Shown piece by piece: positions 10,357 to 18,345 of a stretch of DNA of 22,682 nucleotides. Positions within the stretch are counted from its first letter, which is position 1; every line of letters begins with the position of its first letter. The notes beneath the pieces are model-generated. The model was not told where the DNA came from. It ran no database searches and saw nothing but the letters and a program-made list of their open reading frames with translations. The translations under genes and the position numbers were made by a program. The DNA is from an uncultured archaeon (lineage in GTDB: Archaea; Asgardarchaeota; Lokiarchaeia; Sigyniarchaeales; SOKP01), in the NCBI GenBank assembly GCA_964447495.1, contig CAYUTF010000053.1, positions 1-22,682 of the forward strand. Reading direction: 5' to 3'.

Positions 10357-12354
10357 TTAAAACCTCCCTGTTATCATTTCAAATATTTGTTCAGAAGTAA
10401 AACCTTTAATATTAATTGCTGAACATCTGCAATTTCCTGCGCACGCACCACATCCTTTACATAATGCTTGGTTAACAGAAGCAATTCTTCCAAATCGTCT
10501 ATCTTCAACCAGTTCAACAGCACCATATGCACAATTTTCAACACACATTCCACAACCAATACATCTTTCGGGGGAGACAACGGCGTAAAAAGGCTCAATT
10601 TCGACTTCACCTTTAGACATTAATGCTGCAGCACTAGACGCAGCTCCTTTAGCTTGTGCTACCGCGTCTGGAATATCTTTTGGGCCTTGAGCCACACCAG
10701 CAATGAAAATTCCCTCCGTTAACGTATCAACGGGTCGTAATTTGGGGTGAGCTTCCATAAAAAAGCCATCTCCAGATTTCTGAATTCTTAATAGCGATGT
10801 AATTTTATCTGCATCTTTTCTTGGCTCTAAACCGCATGAAAGAACAAACAAATCGACTTCTAATTCAATCATTTGTTGAAGAAGTGTGTCTTCTGCCCTG
10901 ATGATAATTTGATGATCTTTTCCTTCACTAACTTCAGCAATTCTCCCTCTTATATAATTAATACCATAATTTCTTGCAGCAGATTCGTAAAACTCTTCAT
11001 AACCCTTTCCAAAAGCTCGGATATCAATATAGAAAATATAAATCTCTGCATCGGGATGTTTCTCCTTATATTGTCTCGCTTGTTTTGTTGCATACATACA
11101 ACACACTCTAGAACAATATTTATTCCCACCTTCCCTAAAATTTCTACTTCCAACGCACTGAAGAAAAGCAATTCTATGTGGCTCTTTAAGATCAGAAGGG
11201 CGTACAGGTTTTCCCAATAATGGTCCGAATGAACTCAATAAACGTTCCATTTGAAGCCCTGTTATTACATTTGGATATATACCATATCCATATTGTTTCA
11301 ACCCTGAAGGGTCAAATAAATCCCAGCCGGTAGCGACTATTATTGTGCCTACCTTAACTTTTATTTCTTCAGGCTTATCATCATATTTTATTGCTTCAGG
11401 TTCACAAACATTGGGTCGTGTACATATCCCACATTTAACGCAATGGTCCATATCAATGGTGTACTGTCCAGGAACTGCCTGAGGGAATGGAATATAAATC
11501 GCTTTTCTTGTAGCTAAACCAAGATCAAATTCATTCGCACATACAATAGGACAATAATCCACACAAGCTCCACAACCTGTACACTTTTCTTGATCAACAT
11601 AATGTGGTTTTTTTAAAATTGTTACTTCAAAATTCCCAATATAACCTGTTACGTCTACTACTTCAGAATAAGTCAAAAGCTCAATATTCTTACTTCTGGC
11701 AACATCAACCATCCTTGGGGTGAGTATACAAGCACTACAATCCATTGTGGGAAAGGTTTTATCTAGCTGTGCCATATGACCGCCAATAGTAGGCGATTTT
11801 TCAACTAGATATACTTTAAATCCTTCTGCAGCAAGATCTAATGCAGAATTCATACCCGCGATTCCACCACCAATGATTAAACACGATGGTTCTACTTTAA
11901 CTGTTTGAACTTCTAGTGGTACTAATTCTCTTGCTTTATTCACAGTTAATCGAATATGATCTTTTGCAATTTCGTACGCACCTTCAGGATCCCTCATATG
12001 AACCCAGGTGCTATGCTCGCGGATATTAGCCATCTCGAATAAAAATTGATTTAACCCTGCTTCTTTTAGCACTAATCTGAATGTAGGCTCATGCATACGG
12101 GGAGAACAAGCAGCAACAACCACACGATTGAGATTCATTTCCTGAATCTTTTTTTTAATAAGTGTTTGTCCAACATCAGAACACATAAATTTATAATCAG
12201 TAGCTAAAACTACATCAGGTAATGTTTTAGCATATTCGACTAAATCTTCTACAGGAACCACACCCGCTATATTAACCCCGCAATGACATACAAACACTCC
12301 AATTCGGGGTTTCTCATTACCAGTTACTATTATTTTCTTTTCAATTTCTGTCAA
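10357..12354 (-). CDS. hdrA: Heterodisulfide reductase subunit A (bifurcating FAD/Fe-S subunit)
   Basis: RIGVFVCHCG, ACSPRMHE, GGGIAG, DKTFPTMDCSACILTP, CVGSR, CSRVCCMYATKQA, plus inserted and C-terminal ferredoxin motifs. TTG start preceded by GGAGG. Confidence 0.97.
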   Translation of the reverse strand: MTEIEKKIIVTGNEKPRIGVFVCHCGVNIAGVVPVEDLVEYAKTLPDVVLATDYKFMCSDVGQTLIKKKIQEMNLNRVVVAACSPRMHEPTFRLVLKEAGLNQFLFEMANIREHSTWVHMRDPEGAYEIAKDHIRLTVNKARELVPLEVQTVKVEPSCLIIGGGIAGMNSALDLAAEGFKVYLVEKSPTIGGHMAQLDKTFPTMDCSACILTPRMVDVARSKNIELLTYSEVVDVTGYIGNFEVTILKKPHYVDQEKCTGCGACVDYCPIVCANEFDLGLATRKAIYIPFPQAVPGQYTIDMDHCVKCGICTRPNVCEPEAIKYDDKPEEIKVKVGTIIVATGWDLFDPSGLKQYGYGIYPNVITGLQMERLLSSFGPLLGKPVRPSDLKEPHRIAFLQCVGSRNFREGGNKYCSRVCCMYATKQARQYKEKHPDAEIYIFYIDIRAFGKGYEEFYESAARNYGINYIRGRIAEVSEGKDHQIIIRAEDTLLQQMIELEVDLFVLSCGLEPRKDADKITSLLRIQKSGDGFFMEAHPKLRPVDTLTEGIFIAGVAQGPKDIPDAVAQAKGAASSAAALMSKGEVEIEPFYAVVSPERCIGCGMCVENCAYGAVELVEDRRFGRIASVNQALCKGCGACAGNCRCSAINIKGFTSEQIFEMITGRF

Positions 12355-12366
12355 ATTTTATTCCTC

Positions 12367-13323
12367 CTATATTAGCTGGTTTTTAACTATATCTAAAAAA
12401 GGTTCAATTGGAATAAAGGGTGAAACACCTTGCAGATTGTGATTTTTTATTAAACCTAGTCGATTCGGATCCATACCCATAGCAACTCCTAACAGCTGGG
12501 TTATGTATATGACTGGAATTTTAAAAGGTTCTCCAATGATATCTTTATAAAAATTATTTACCTCAACTTGCCCGAGGTCAAACTGAAGATGACAAAAGGG
12601 ACAGCAATTTATGATAATGTCAGCACCTGCATCTCGCATATTCACTAACTTCTCACGTGTGAAATCAGCTGCAACTTCTTTGACTGCCGTTCTTACTGCT
12701 CCTCCAGCACCACAACACATGAATTTATCTTTATAGGGCACACTTTTTGCACCAGTAATTTCAACAATCTCATCAAGGAAAGTAGGCATTTCATACTCTC
12801 CATTCCAAGGACGTTTATCGCTTGGTTTAACAATGTGGCACCCATAATGAACTGCAACCTTTAAATCTTTGAAAGTATATTTAATACGATCTTTTAAATA
12901 ATCAAGCCCCATATCTAAATATAAAGCTTGTACAACATGCTTAGGTTCGAATGTTCCTTTATATGTACGTCCTACTTTGGCAAGTAATTCATTAACATGC
13001 TTTTTCTCTTTGGGATTATGTTCTAAATCATACCAAGCATCTCGAAGGGTTCCATAGCATCCATTACATCCTGTTAATGAACTAAGGCCTAGTTCCTCAG
13101 CAATAGAAATATTTCGCGCTGCAATAACTAACCATGTTGGGATATGAAATGCTCGAAATACTCCTGGAGCGGGACAACATGATGCTCCAGGCATGTCTAA
13201 TAGTTCTGCTCCAAGCTCATCAAATACATCCCTTATACTCCTTTCAATCATAGGATATCTATTTGGAATTACACATCCTAAAAAGAAAGCATATCGCCAT
13301 TTATATTGTGAATATTTACTCAT
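12367..13323 (-). CDS. hdrB: Heterodisulfide reductase subunit B (two CCG domains)
   Basis: FFLGC, ASCCPAPG, GCNGCY, HYGCH, MCCGAGG and CPFCHLQFD motifs. GAGGAGG RBS upstream. Confidence 0.97.
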   Translation of the reverse strand: MSKYSQYKWRYAFFLGCVIPNRYPMIERSIRDVFDELGAELLDMPGASCCPAPGVFRAFHIPTWLVIAARNISIAEELGLSSLTGCNGCYGTLRDAWYDLEHNPKEKKHVNELLAKVGRTYKGTFEPKHVVQALYLDMGLDYLKDRIKYTFKDLKVAVHYGCHIVKPSDKRPWNGEYEMPTFLDEIVEITGAKSVPYKDKFMCCGAGGAVRTAVKEVAADFTREKLVNMRDAGADIIINCCPFCHLQFDLGQVEVNNFYKDIIGEPFKIPVIYITQLLGVAMGMDPNRLGLIKNHNLQGVSPFIPIEPFLDIVKNQLI

Positions 13324-13945
13324 TTTTTTTTTCCTCCTCAGCTTTCTCTTTTGCTTTTTTTTCCTCCTCAGCTTTCCTCTCAGCTTTTAACTTAGCTGCA
13401 TTGTCTAATAAATCTCTAAAACCGACTTCATTCATTAGAGTCTGACATTCTTTGACGGCTTCTGGATAAGAATGAACAGTGGGTGGCAACGGAGGTAGCC
13501 CATAGGATTCGCGTAAATCTCGCCATTGCTTCTGATTTTCAGCATTAGCAGGTACCCCATGTCCCGTAGCGTAAAAAATATCGCTTGCCAAGGTAAAATG
13601 AGAGTCTAAAATATAGCCTTCCTCAACAGCAATGTTTCTTAATTTAATAATCATATCAGTAACTGGGATATTTCTAGGGCAACGCTCATAACAGTAATAA
13701 CACGTGCTACAAAACCAAATATCAATATCACTTAGAACAGATGTGTCTCCTGTAAGCGCTTTTCGAATGGCAGAACGAGTACGATATGCAGTACGTCTTC
13801 CGGAAGGACAACTGCCTGTACATGTACCACAATTAATACAAGCTCGGATCTTCTCCAATCCTGCATCCACAAATTTCTGGACAATCCGAGAGTTCTCCTT
13901 ACTATAAACTTTACGTTTAATATACTTTTCTACATTATCGCTCAT
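13316..13945 (-). CDS. hdrC: Heterodisulfide reductase subunit C (2x[4Fe-4S])
   Basis: CINCGTCTGSCPSGRRT, WFCSTCYYCYERCPR and TGHGVP motifs. Overlaps hdrB by 8 nt. Confidence 0.95.
   Translation of the reverse strand: MSDNVEKYIKRKVYSKENSRIVQKFVDAGLEKIRACINCGTCTGSCPSGRRTAYRTRSAIRKALTGDTSVLSDIDIWFCSTCYYCYERCPRNIPVTDMIIKLRNIAVEEGYILDSHFTLASDIFYATGHGVPANAENQKQWRDLRESYGLPPLPPTVHSYPEAVKECQTLMNEVGFRDLLDNAAKLKAERKAEEEKKAKEKAEEEKKNE
13325..13376. repeat. 22-bp direct repeat (30-bp period) encoding the duplicated KAEEEKK tail of HdrC
   Basis: TTTTTTTTCCTCCTCAGCTTTC at 13325-13346 and 13355-13376. Confidence 0.85.
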
Positions 13946-14017
13946 TTAAATCTCAAGTCTATAAATTAGTTTAAGATTAATGTTTTTTGAAAAAGCAAGG
14001 TTTTTACTTTTTAATTG

Positions 14018-14029
14018 GTTTGATCAAAC
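14018..14029. promoter_or_regulatory. 12-bp perfect palindrome upstream of hdrC, possible regulator binding site
   Basis: GTTTGATCAAAC is self-complementary and lies ~70-85 bp upstream of the hdrC ATG in a divergent intergenic region. Confidence 0.3.
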
Positions 14030-14293
14030 AATAATCAATCTTATGAAGTGAAAAGTATTTTTTAATAAAAAATTTGTTATTGTTATTTCATAATTAAAAC
14101 CAGAGAAATTATTATTTCTAATACTATTCAATATTATAAAACTCTAATATTCACTATGGCGTGTTTAATTAGGAGTAAAACTTATTTTGTTTCGACAGAA
14201 CTGTACAAAGATTTATATAAGAACATGAAATAATAATTTTGATTCATTTTATTTAATAGGGTTCATAAAGGGAAATAAAATCTACTAAGAATA

Positions 14294-14491
14294 ATGGAAG
14301 AAAAAGATAAGATCATTGAAATCTTAAGAGAAGAAATAAGTCTTATTAAGCGAATGAATTTGAAGGTTCTTTATGAGAAAGATAAATTAATAGAGAAATT
14401 GAAAGATATCGTTCAAGAAAAAGAGGATACTATAACTATCTTGAAGGATCGGTTAAAGCGAGAAAGCAATATTGATTACTTAACAATCTGA
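14294..14491 (+). CDS. Small coiled-coil hypothetical protein
   Basis: 65 aa, ATG start, repeating EKDxxIExL heptad-like pattern. Confidence 0.6.
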   Translation: MEEKDKIIEILREEISLIKRMNLKVLYEKDKLIEKLKDIVQEKEDTITILKDRLKRESNIDYLTI

Positions 14492-14522
14492 AAATTTTAT
14501 TGAAACAAAGAAAAGGAAAAAT

Positions 14523-14750
14523 TTATTCTTCTTTTTTATTCTCTATAAACTCCTTAATGTATTCTTTTTGTTGATCTTCTGGTAAAAAAGCTAATTCTTT
14601 CTTGATCTCTTTTAATTCTTCTTTAGATAAATTCAATTCAAGTAATTCCCTTCTTACTTCCTTGGAAAGTACGCTAAATATTCGAGCAAAGTATCTTTTG
14701 ACTACTTCATATTTTTCAAAACTATTGTCATCACTAATTATCATCACCAT
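14523..14750 (-). CDS. Small charged helical hypothetical protein
   Basis: 75 aa, ATG preceded by AAGGA, E/K-rich amphipathic helices. Confidence 0.6.
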   Translation of the reverse strand: MVMIISDDNSFEKYEVVKRYFARIFSVLSKEVRRELLELNLSKEELKEIKKELAFLPEDQQKEYIKEFIENKKEE

Positions 14751-15211
14751 TTATTCCTTTCTAAAAACACGATATTTCTTGCTTGACTCAAAACTAGGAG
14801 AAATTTATCTCTTAATTGAAAAAATATATAAATTCTATTAAACAATTTGTAGTCCAATTCTTCACATAAATGAAGACATAAAAGTTAAAAAATTAGTAAA
14901 AAAAGTAAATTAAATGATAATAGATTGAATGCTTATTAATACTGCTTTTAATAGTTTGTTTTAATGTCAAATTAAAAGAGAGTTTAAAGTCGTCTTCTAG
15001 TAAAACGTAAATTTGTTTCAAAAGCAAAAGTTAGAATTATTAAACGACAAAATTTTTGTGTGTACAAATTATCAACCGTTTTCTACTTTTTCGCATTACT
15101 AATTTGAAAAACTGGCACATTGCATGCATTTAAATATTTGAAGTATATCTAATATGATAGTTTAAAAGTTAGATGTTGTTAATCTTTTATCTGAGGTATT
15201 TGAGGAGACGT

Positions 15212-15469
15212 ATGAATCTCAACTTTGATGACTTTAGTTATATAAAGAGTGAGTTTAAGCAGAAACTCCGCTGGTTTGAAGAAGAATTTGATTTAATCTT
15301 CAAAAACAAAACATACAATTATACTAAGGATGAAATCCAACTCGCAAATGAAATCCTTGACCATTTATCTGAAACTATAAACGAATATCGTGATGAAAGA
15401 CTGCTTTTTCATTTAGTAAATTCCCTTAATAGTATAGAAAGGAAGCATCCTGAATTCTTTTCAAAATAA
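15212..15469 (+). CDS. Small helical hypothetical protein
   Basis: ATG at 15212 is preceded by GAGGAG, so it is preferred over ORF-track start 15173. Protein-like composition. Confidence 0.65.
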   Translation: MNLNFDDFSYIKSEFKQKLRWFEEEFDLIFKNKTYNYTKDEIQLANEILDHLSETINEYRDERLLFHLVNSLNSIERKHPEFFSK

Positions 15470-15472
15470 GCT

Positions 15473-15865
15473 TCAGAAAAAAGGTCCGAATTTTTTATAA
15501 ATTCGTATTAAATTCTCCTTATAGAACTTTATCTTCTCATTCTTCGGATTTAATTGTCTTGCCTTCTCCATGGTAGCTTCTGCTTCTATAAAATTATTAT
15601 TATCCATATATGTAATGGTTAATAACCCCCATGCTTCTAATAAAGTTGGCTTTAGGTCTATAGCAGCTTTGAAGCAATCAATAGCATCTAGAAAAGCCCT
15701 TATTCGGCGTTTAGCAATACCTAAGAGGAGCCATGCTTCTTCATTTGACGGATCCTCATCTAACAATTTATTCAGGAATTTAATTGCTTTACTATTCTTC
15801 TTTTTGATTAAATAATCGTTTGCCCGTACTAATTCCTTGTCAAATCTTAAAGTTTCTAATTCCAT
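15473..15865 (-). CDS. Tetratricopeptide repeat protein
   Basis: About three TPR units: DPSNEEAWLLLG, AIDCFKAAIDLKP, EAWGLL, ARQLNPKN. Confidence 0.85.
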   Translation of the reverse strand: MELETLRFDKELVRANDYLIKKKNSKAIKFLNKLLDEDPSNEEAWLLLGIAKRRIRAFLDAIDCFKAAIDLKPTLLEAWGLLTITYMDNNNFIEAEATMEKARQLNPKNEKIKFYKENLIRIYKKFGPFF

Positions 15866-16039
15866 TTTTCTTCAACATCCACTTCCTATAATAATAAATA
15901 TCCAAATTTATTTATATATCTTTAACATTTTTAGTAAATGATTTTTACCTATAATGTAACGGGCAATATTTTTTTAAAATATATTTAAATATCATAACAT
16001 ACAACTAAAATTAATATTTAGGAAAGAAGGATAAAAATT

Positions 16040-17299
16040 TTGGTTTCCTCAAGTATAATTCTAAAAAATCAATCAATTTTAAATATTAATCAATTTCTGG
16101 AACTTTATACCGAAATTAATAGATTAGATTTACATAATATTTTGAAACTTGATTTTAACTTAGATTATAGTGTGCTAGAACGATATGTTAAATCCCAGCG
16201 AATTTGCCCTATTATAGAATTGGCTAAACCAGGAGATGCTGAAGAGATATCCCAGATTTTCAAGGAAATTTACCAAGGGACATATCCATATAAAAGGATG
16301 GAAAACTCTGACAGCATTTCTGATATGATCAATGATCCAAATTATTACTGGTTTTTATTCAAGCTCAATTCCGGGGAAATTGTAGGGGCTTTTGGAGCAC
16401 ATTTAGAATTTGAAGAGAAGCGAGGATTCCTTTATGGATTTGTTATTAAAAAAGGATTCCATAAAACGATTGATGTTTTTAAAGCTTTTATCGGATGTGC
16501 GATATATTTATGGAAAAAGTATCAAGAACAGATTTTAATGTGGTATGGAGAGATGCGAACGAATGAAACATCATCACAATTCTTTACCTCCATTGTTGGA
16601 ATGAAACCAGTTGCATTTTTCCCAAATAAAGATCTCTTTTTCAATAAAAAAGAATCTGATATTTTACATGTGATTTATGATCGAAAGCTAATAAGAAACT
16701 TACGTAAAAAGGCGCAACCAGAGATTATACGACAAGCAATAAATTCTTATACTTATATTAATAAAAGATTTAATTTAGGACTACCAATCGTTAAAAATCC
16801 CGAAATTAAACTTGACCGAGAAAAAATAAAAAAAATAAAGATTGAAACCGAAATTACGATGGAGGAAGAGGAATTCGGAAATAAAAGAATCACAATATCA
16901 AATAAAAATTCTAAATCCTATTTCAAATTTCTCTATAACCCAAATAGTAAAAATTTTGAAAAAACAGAATATAATGTTGAATCTTTAGAAGAACTATATA
17001 CTTTTCTTAATGAAGCGAAGAGATTAATCAAAGATATGGATATAAATTATTTCGAATGTTTCGTTTCAGCCTATAATGCTGAACATCAAAAACTTTTCAA
17101 TGACTTAGGTTTCTGCCCAAGAGGTTATGTTCCTTCTTGGAAATATAATAAAACTACTAATCTTTTCGAGGATCGCATTGTTTTCAATTATTTTAAGGGA
17201 GATTTAGATAAGAAGATGCGAATTATCCCTGAAGTCGAAGAACTTCTTAAGATATTAAATATCTTTGAAGAAGATTATCCCCAAAACATATTCAAATAA
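16040..17299 (+). CDS. GNAT-fold N-acyltransferase-like protein (probably tandem GNAT)
   Basis: IELAKPGDAEEISQIFKEIYQGTYPY...GEIVG is a typical GNAT N-terminus. Two motif-B-like segments (SQFFTSIVGMKPVAFFP and HQKLFNDLGFCPRGYVP). TTG start. Confidence 0.7.
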   Translation: MVSSSIILKNQSILNINQFLELYTEINRLDLHNILKLDFNLDYSVLERYVKSQRICPIIELAKPGDAEEISQIFKEIYQGTYPYKRMENSDSISDMINDPNYYWFLFKLNSGEIVGAFGAHLEFEEKRGFLYGFVIKKGFHKTIDVFKAFIGCAIYLWKKYQEQILMWYGEMRTNETSSQFFTSIVGMKPVAFFPNKDLFFNKKESDILHVIYDRKLIRNLRKKAQPEIIRQAINSYTYINKRFNLGLPIVKNPEIKLDREKIKKIKIETEITMEEEEFGNKRITISNKNSKSYFKFLYNPNSKNFEKTEYNVESLEELYTFLNEAKRLIKDMDINYFECFVSAYNAEHQKLFNDLGFCPRGYVPSWKYNKTTNLFEDRIVFNYFKGDLDKKMRIIPEVEELLKILNIFEEDYPQNIFK

Positions 17300-17373
17300 A
17301 AGTAACATCAACTAATTTTTAATTGAAGGGACATTTTAATTTATTAATTTAAGAAACTTATCATTATTTTATC

Positions 17374-18228
17374 TTGCTTGAAGAAAAAAAGTTAACAAGT
17401 TGGAATGACCAATATTGGAATCAGATAAAAAGAAATATTGGATTAATTAGTATAGCAGAACAAGAAAGAATAAAGAAGGCTAGGATTGCTATTTTCGGAG
17501 TCGGAGGATTAGGTGGACCTGTTTTAGAACAACTTGTAAGAAGTGGATGTGAATATATAAATATTTGTGATAATGATAAATTTATTGGGTCAAATTTAAA
17601 TCGCCAATTATGTTACAATGAAGATATTGGAACCTTTAAGATCGATTTTTTTCATAAGATTACCAAAAAAATTAATCCAAATATTAATATTGAAAAATAT
17701 TACAGAATTGATAAAGAGAATATCGCTTCAATTCTAAAGGATGTTAACATAGCAGTTTTATGTTTAGATGATCCTCTTGCATCCATCATAATTACGAGGG
17801 CATGCTTAAAGCATAAAATACCATTATTAGAATCCTGGGGTATTCCTTATCTTTGTGCTTGGTATTTCACTTCTGATAGTGTGGATTATGAATCATGTTA
17901 TAAATTAGACACAAAAAGATTAAGTATCGATGAGATAAAAAAATCTACTGTGCTCCAAAAAAATATTAAGAATAAAATTTTGAGCAGGTTAACCCAATTT
18001 CCTGGAATAAAAGAAAGATTTGATAGAGAGTCGGGAGTATTAGAGGGTTTACTATCAGGACAATTGTCATCTATTTCCTTTGCTCCTATTGTAAGGCTTT
18101 CTGCTTCTTATTTAGCGTTTGAAGTTATATTTAGTGGCATTTTGAAAATAAAAAAGATGGTAAAAGCTCCGAAAGTAATTGGTTATGATTATTTAGAAAT
18201 GAAATCTTTTGAATTTGATTTTATTTAA
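17374..18228 (+). CDS. ThiF/MoeB/E1-like adenylyltransferase
   Basis: KRNIGL (Arg finger), EQERIKKARIAIFGVGGLGG, DNDKFIGSNLNRQ, KINPNI and LCLDD motifs. No CxxC Zn motifs. TTG start. Confidence 0.9.
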   Translation: MLEEKKLTSWNDQYWNQIKRNIGLISIAEQERIKKARIAIFGVGGLGGPVLEQLVRSGCEYINICDNDKFIGSNLNRQLCYNEDIGTFKIDFFHKITKKINPNINIEKYYRIDKENIASILKDVNIAVLCLDDPLASIIITRACLKHKIPLLESWGIPYLCAWYFTSDSVDYESCYKLDTKRLSIDEIKKSTVLQKNIKNKILSRLTQFPGIKERFDRESGVLEGLLSGQLSSISFAPIVRLSASYLAFEVIFSGILKIKKMVKAPKVIGYDYLEMKSFEFDFI

Positions 18229-18345
18229 TTAAATTTCAATTTCTTAACACATATCAAAAACTATAAATATAAAATAATTAAGCATTTTAAGGTAAAAGTA
18301 ATTTTATAAAGTATAGAAACACATTTATAATTATAAGAATAAATT

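Noticed and set aside
6963-13945. Visibly higher GC in hdr-flx than in the flanks, as a sign of horizontal transfer
   Set aside because: Explainable by Gly/Cys/Ala/Pro-rich Fe-S proteins. No integrase, tRNA or boundary repeats are present, and GC was not quantified.
14751-15211. Weak inverted repeats in the long intergenic region (e.g. TAGTAAAACG vs CGTTTTCTA, TGCATGCA) as an ncRNA, SECIS or MITE
   Set aside because: The matches are short, imperfect and expected by chance at this AT content.
17374-18228. E1 as part of an Asgard ubiquitin system or a CBASS/Bil-type defence system
   Set aside because: No adjacent Ubl, E2, JAB, RING or CD-NTase gene, and no Zn motifs.
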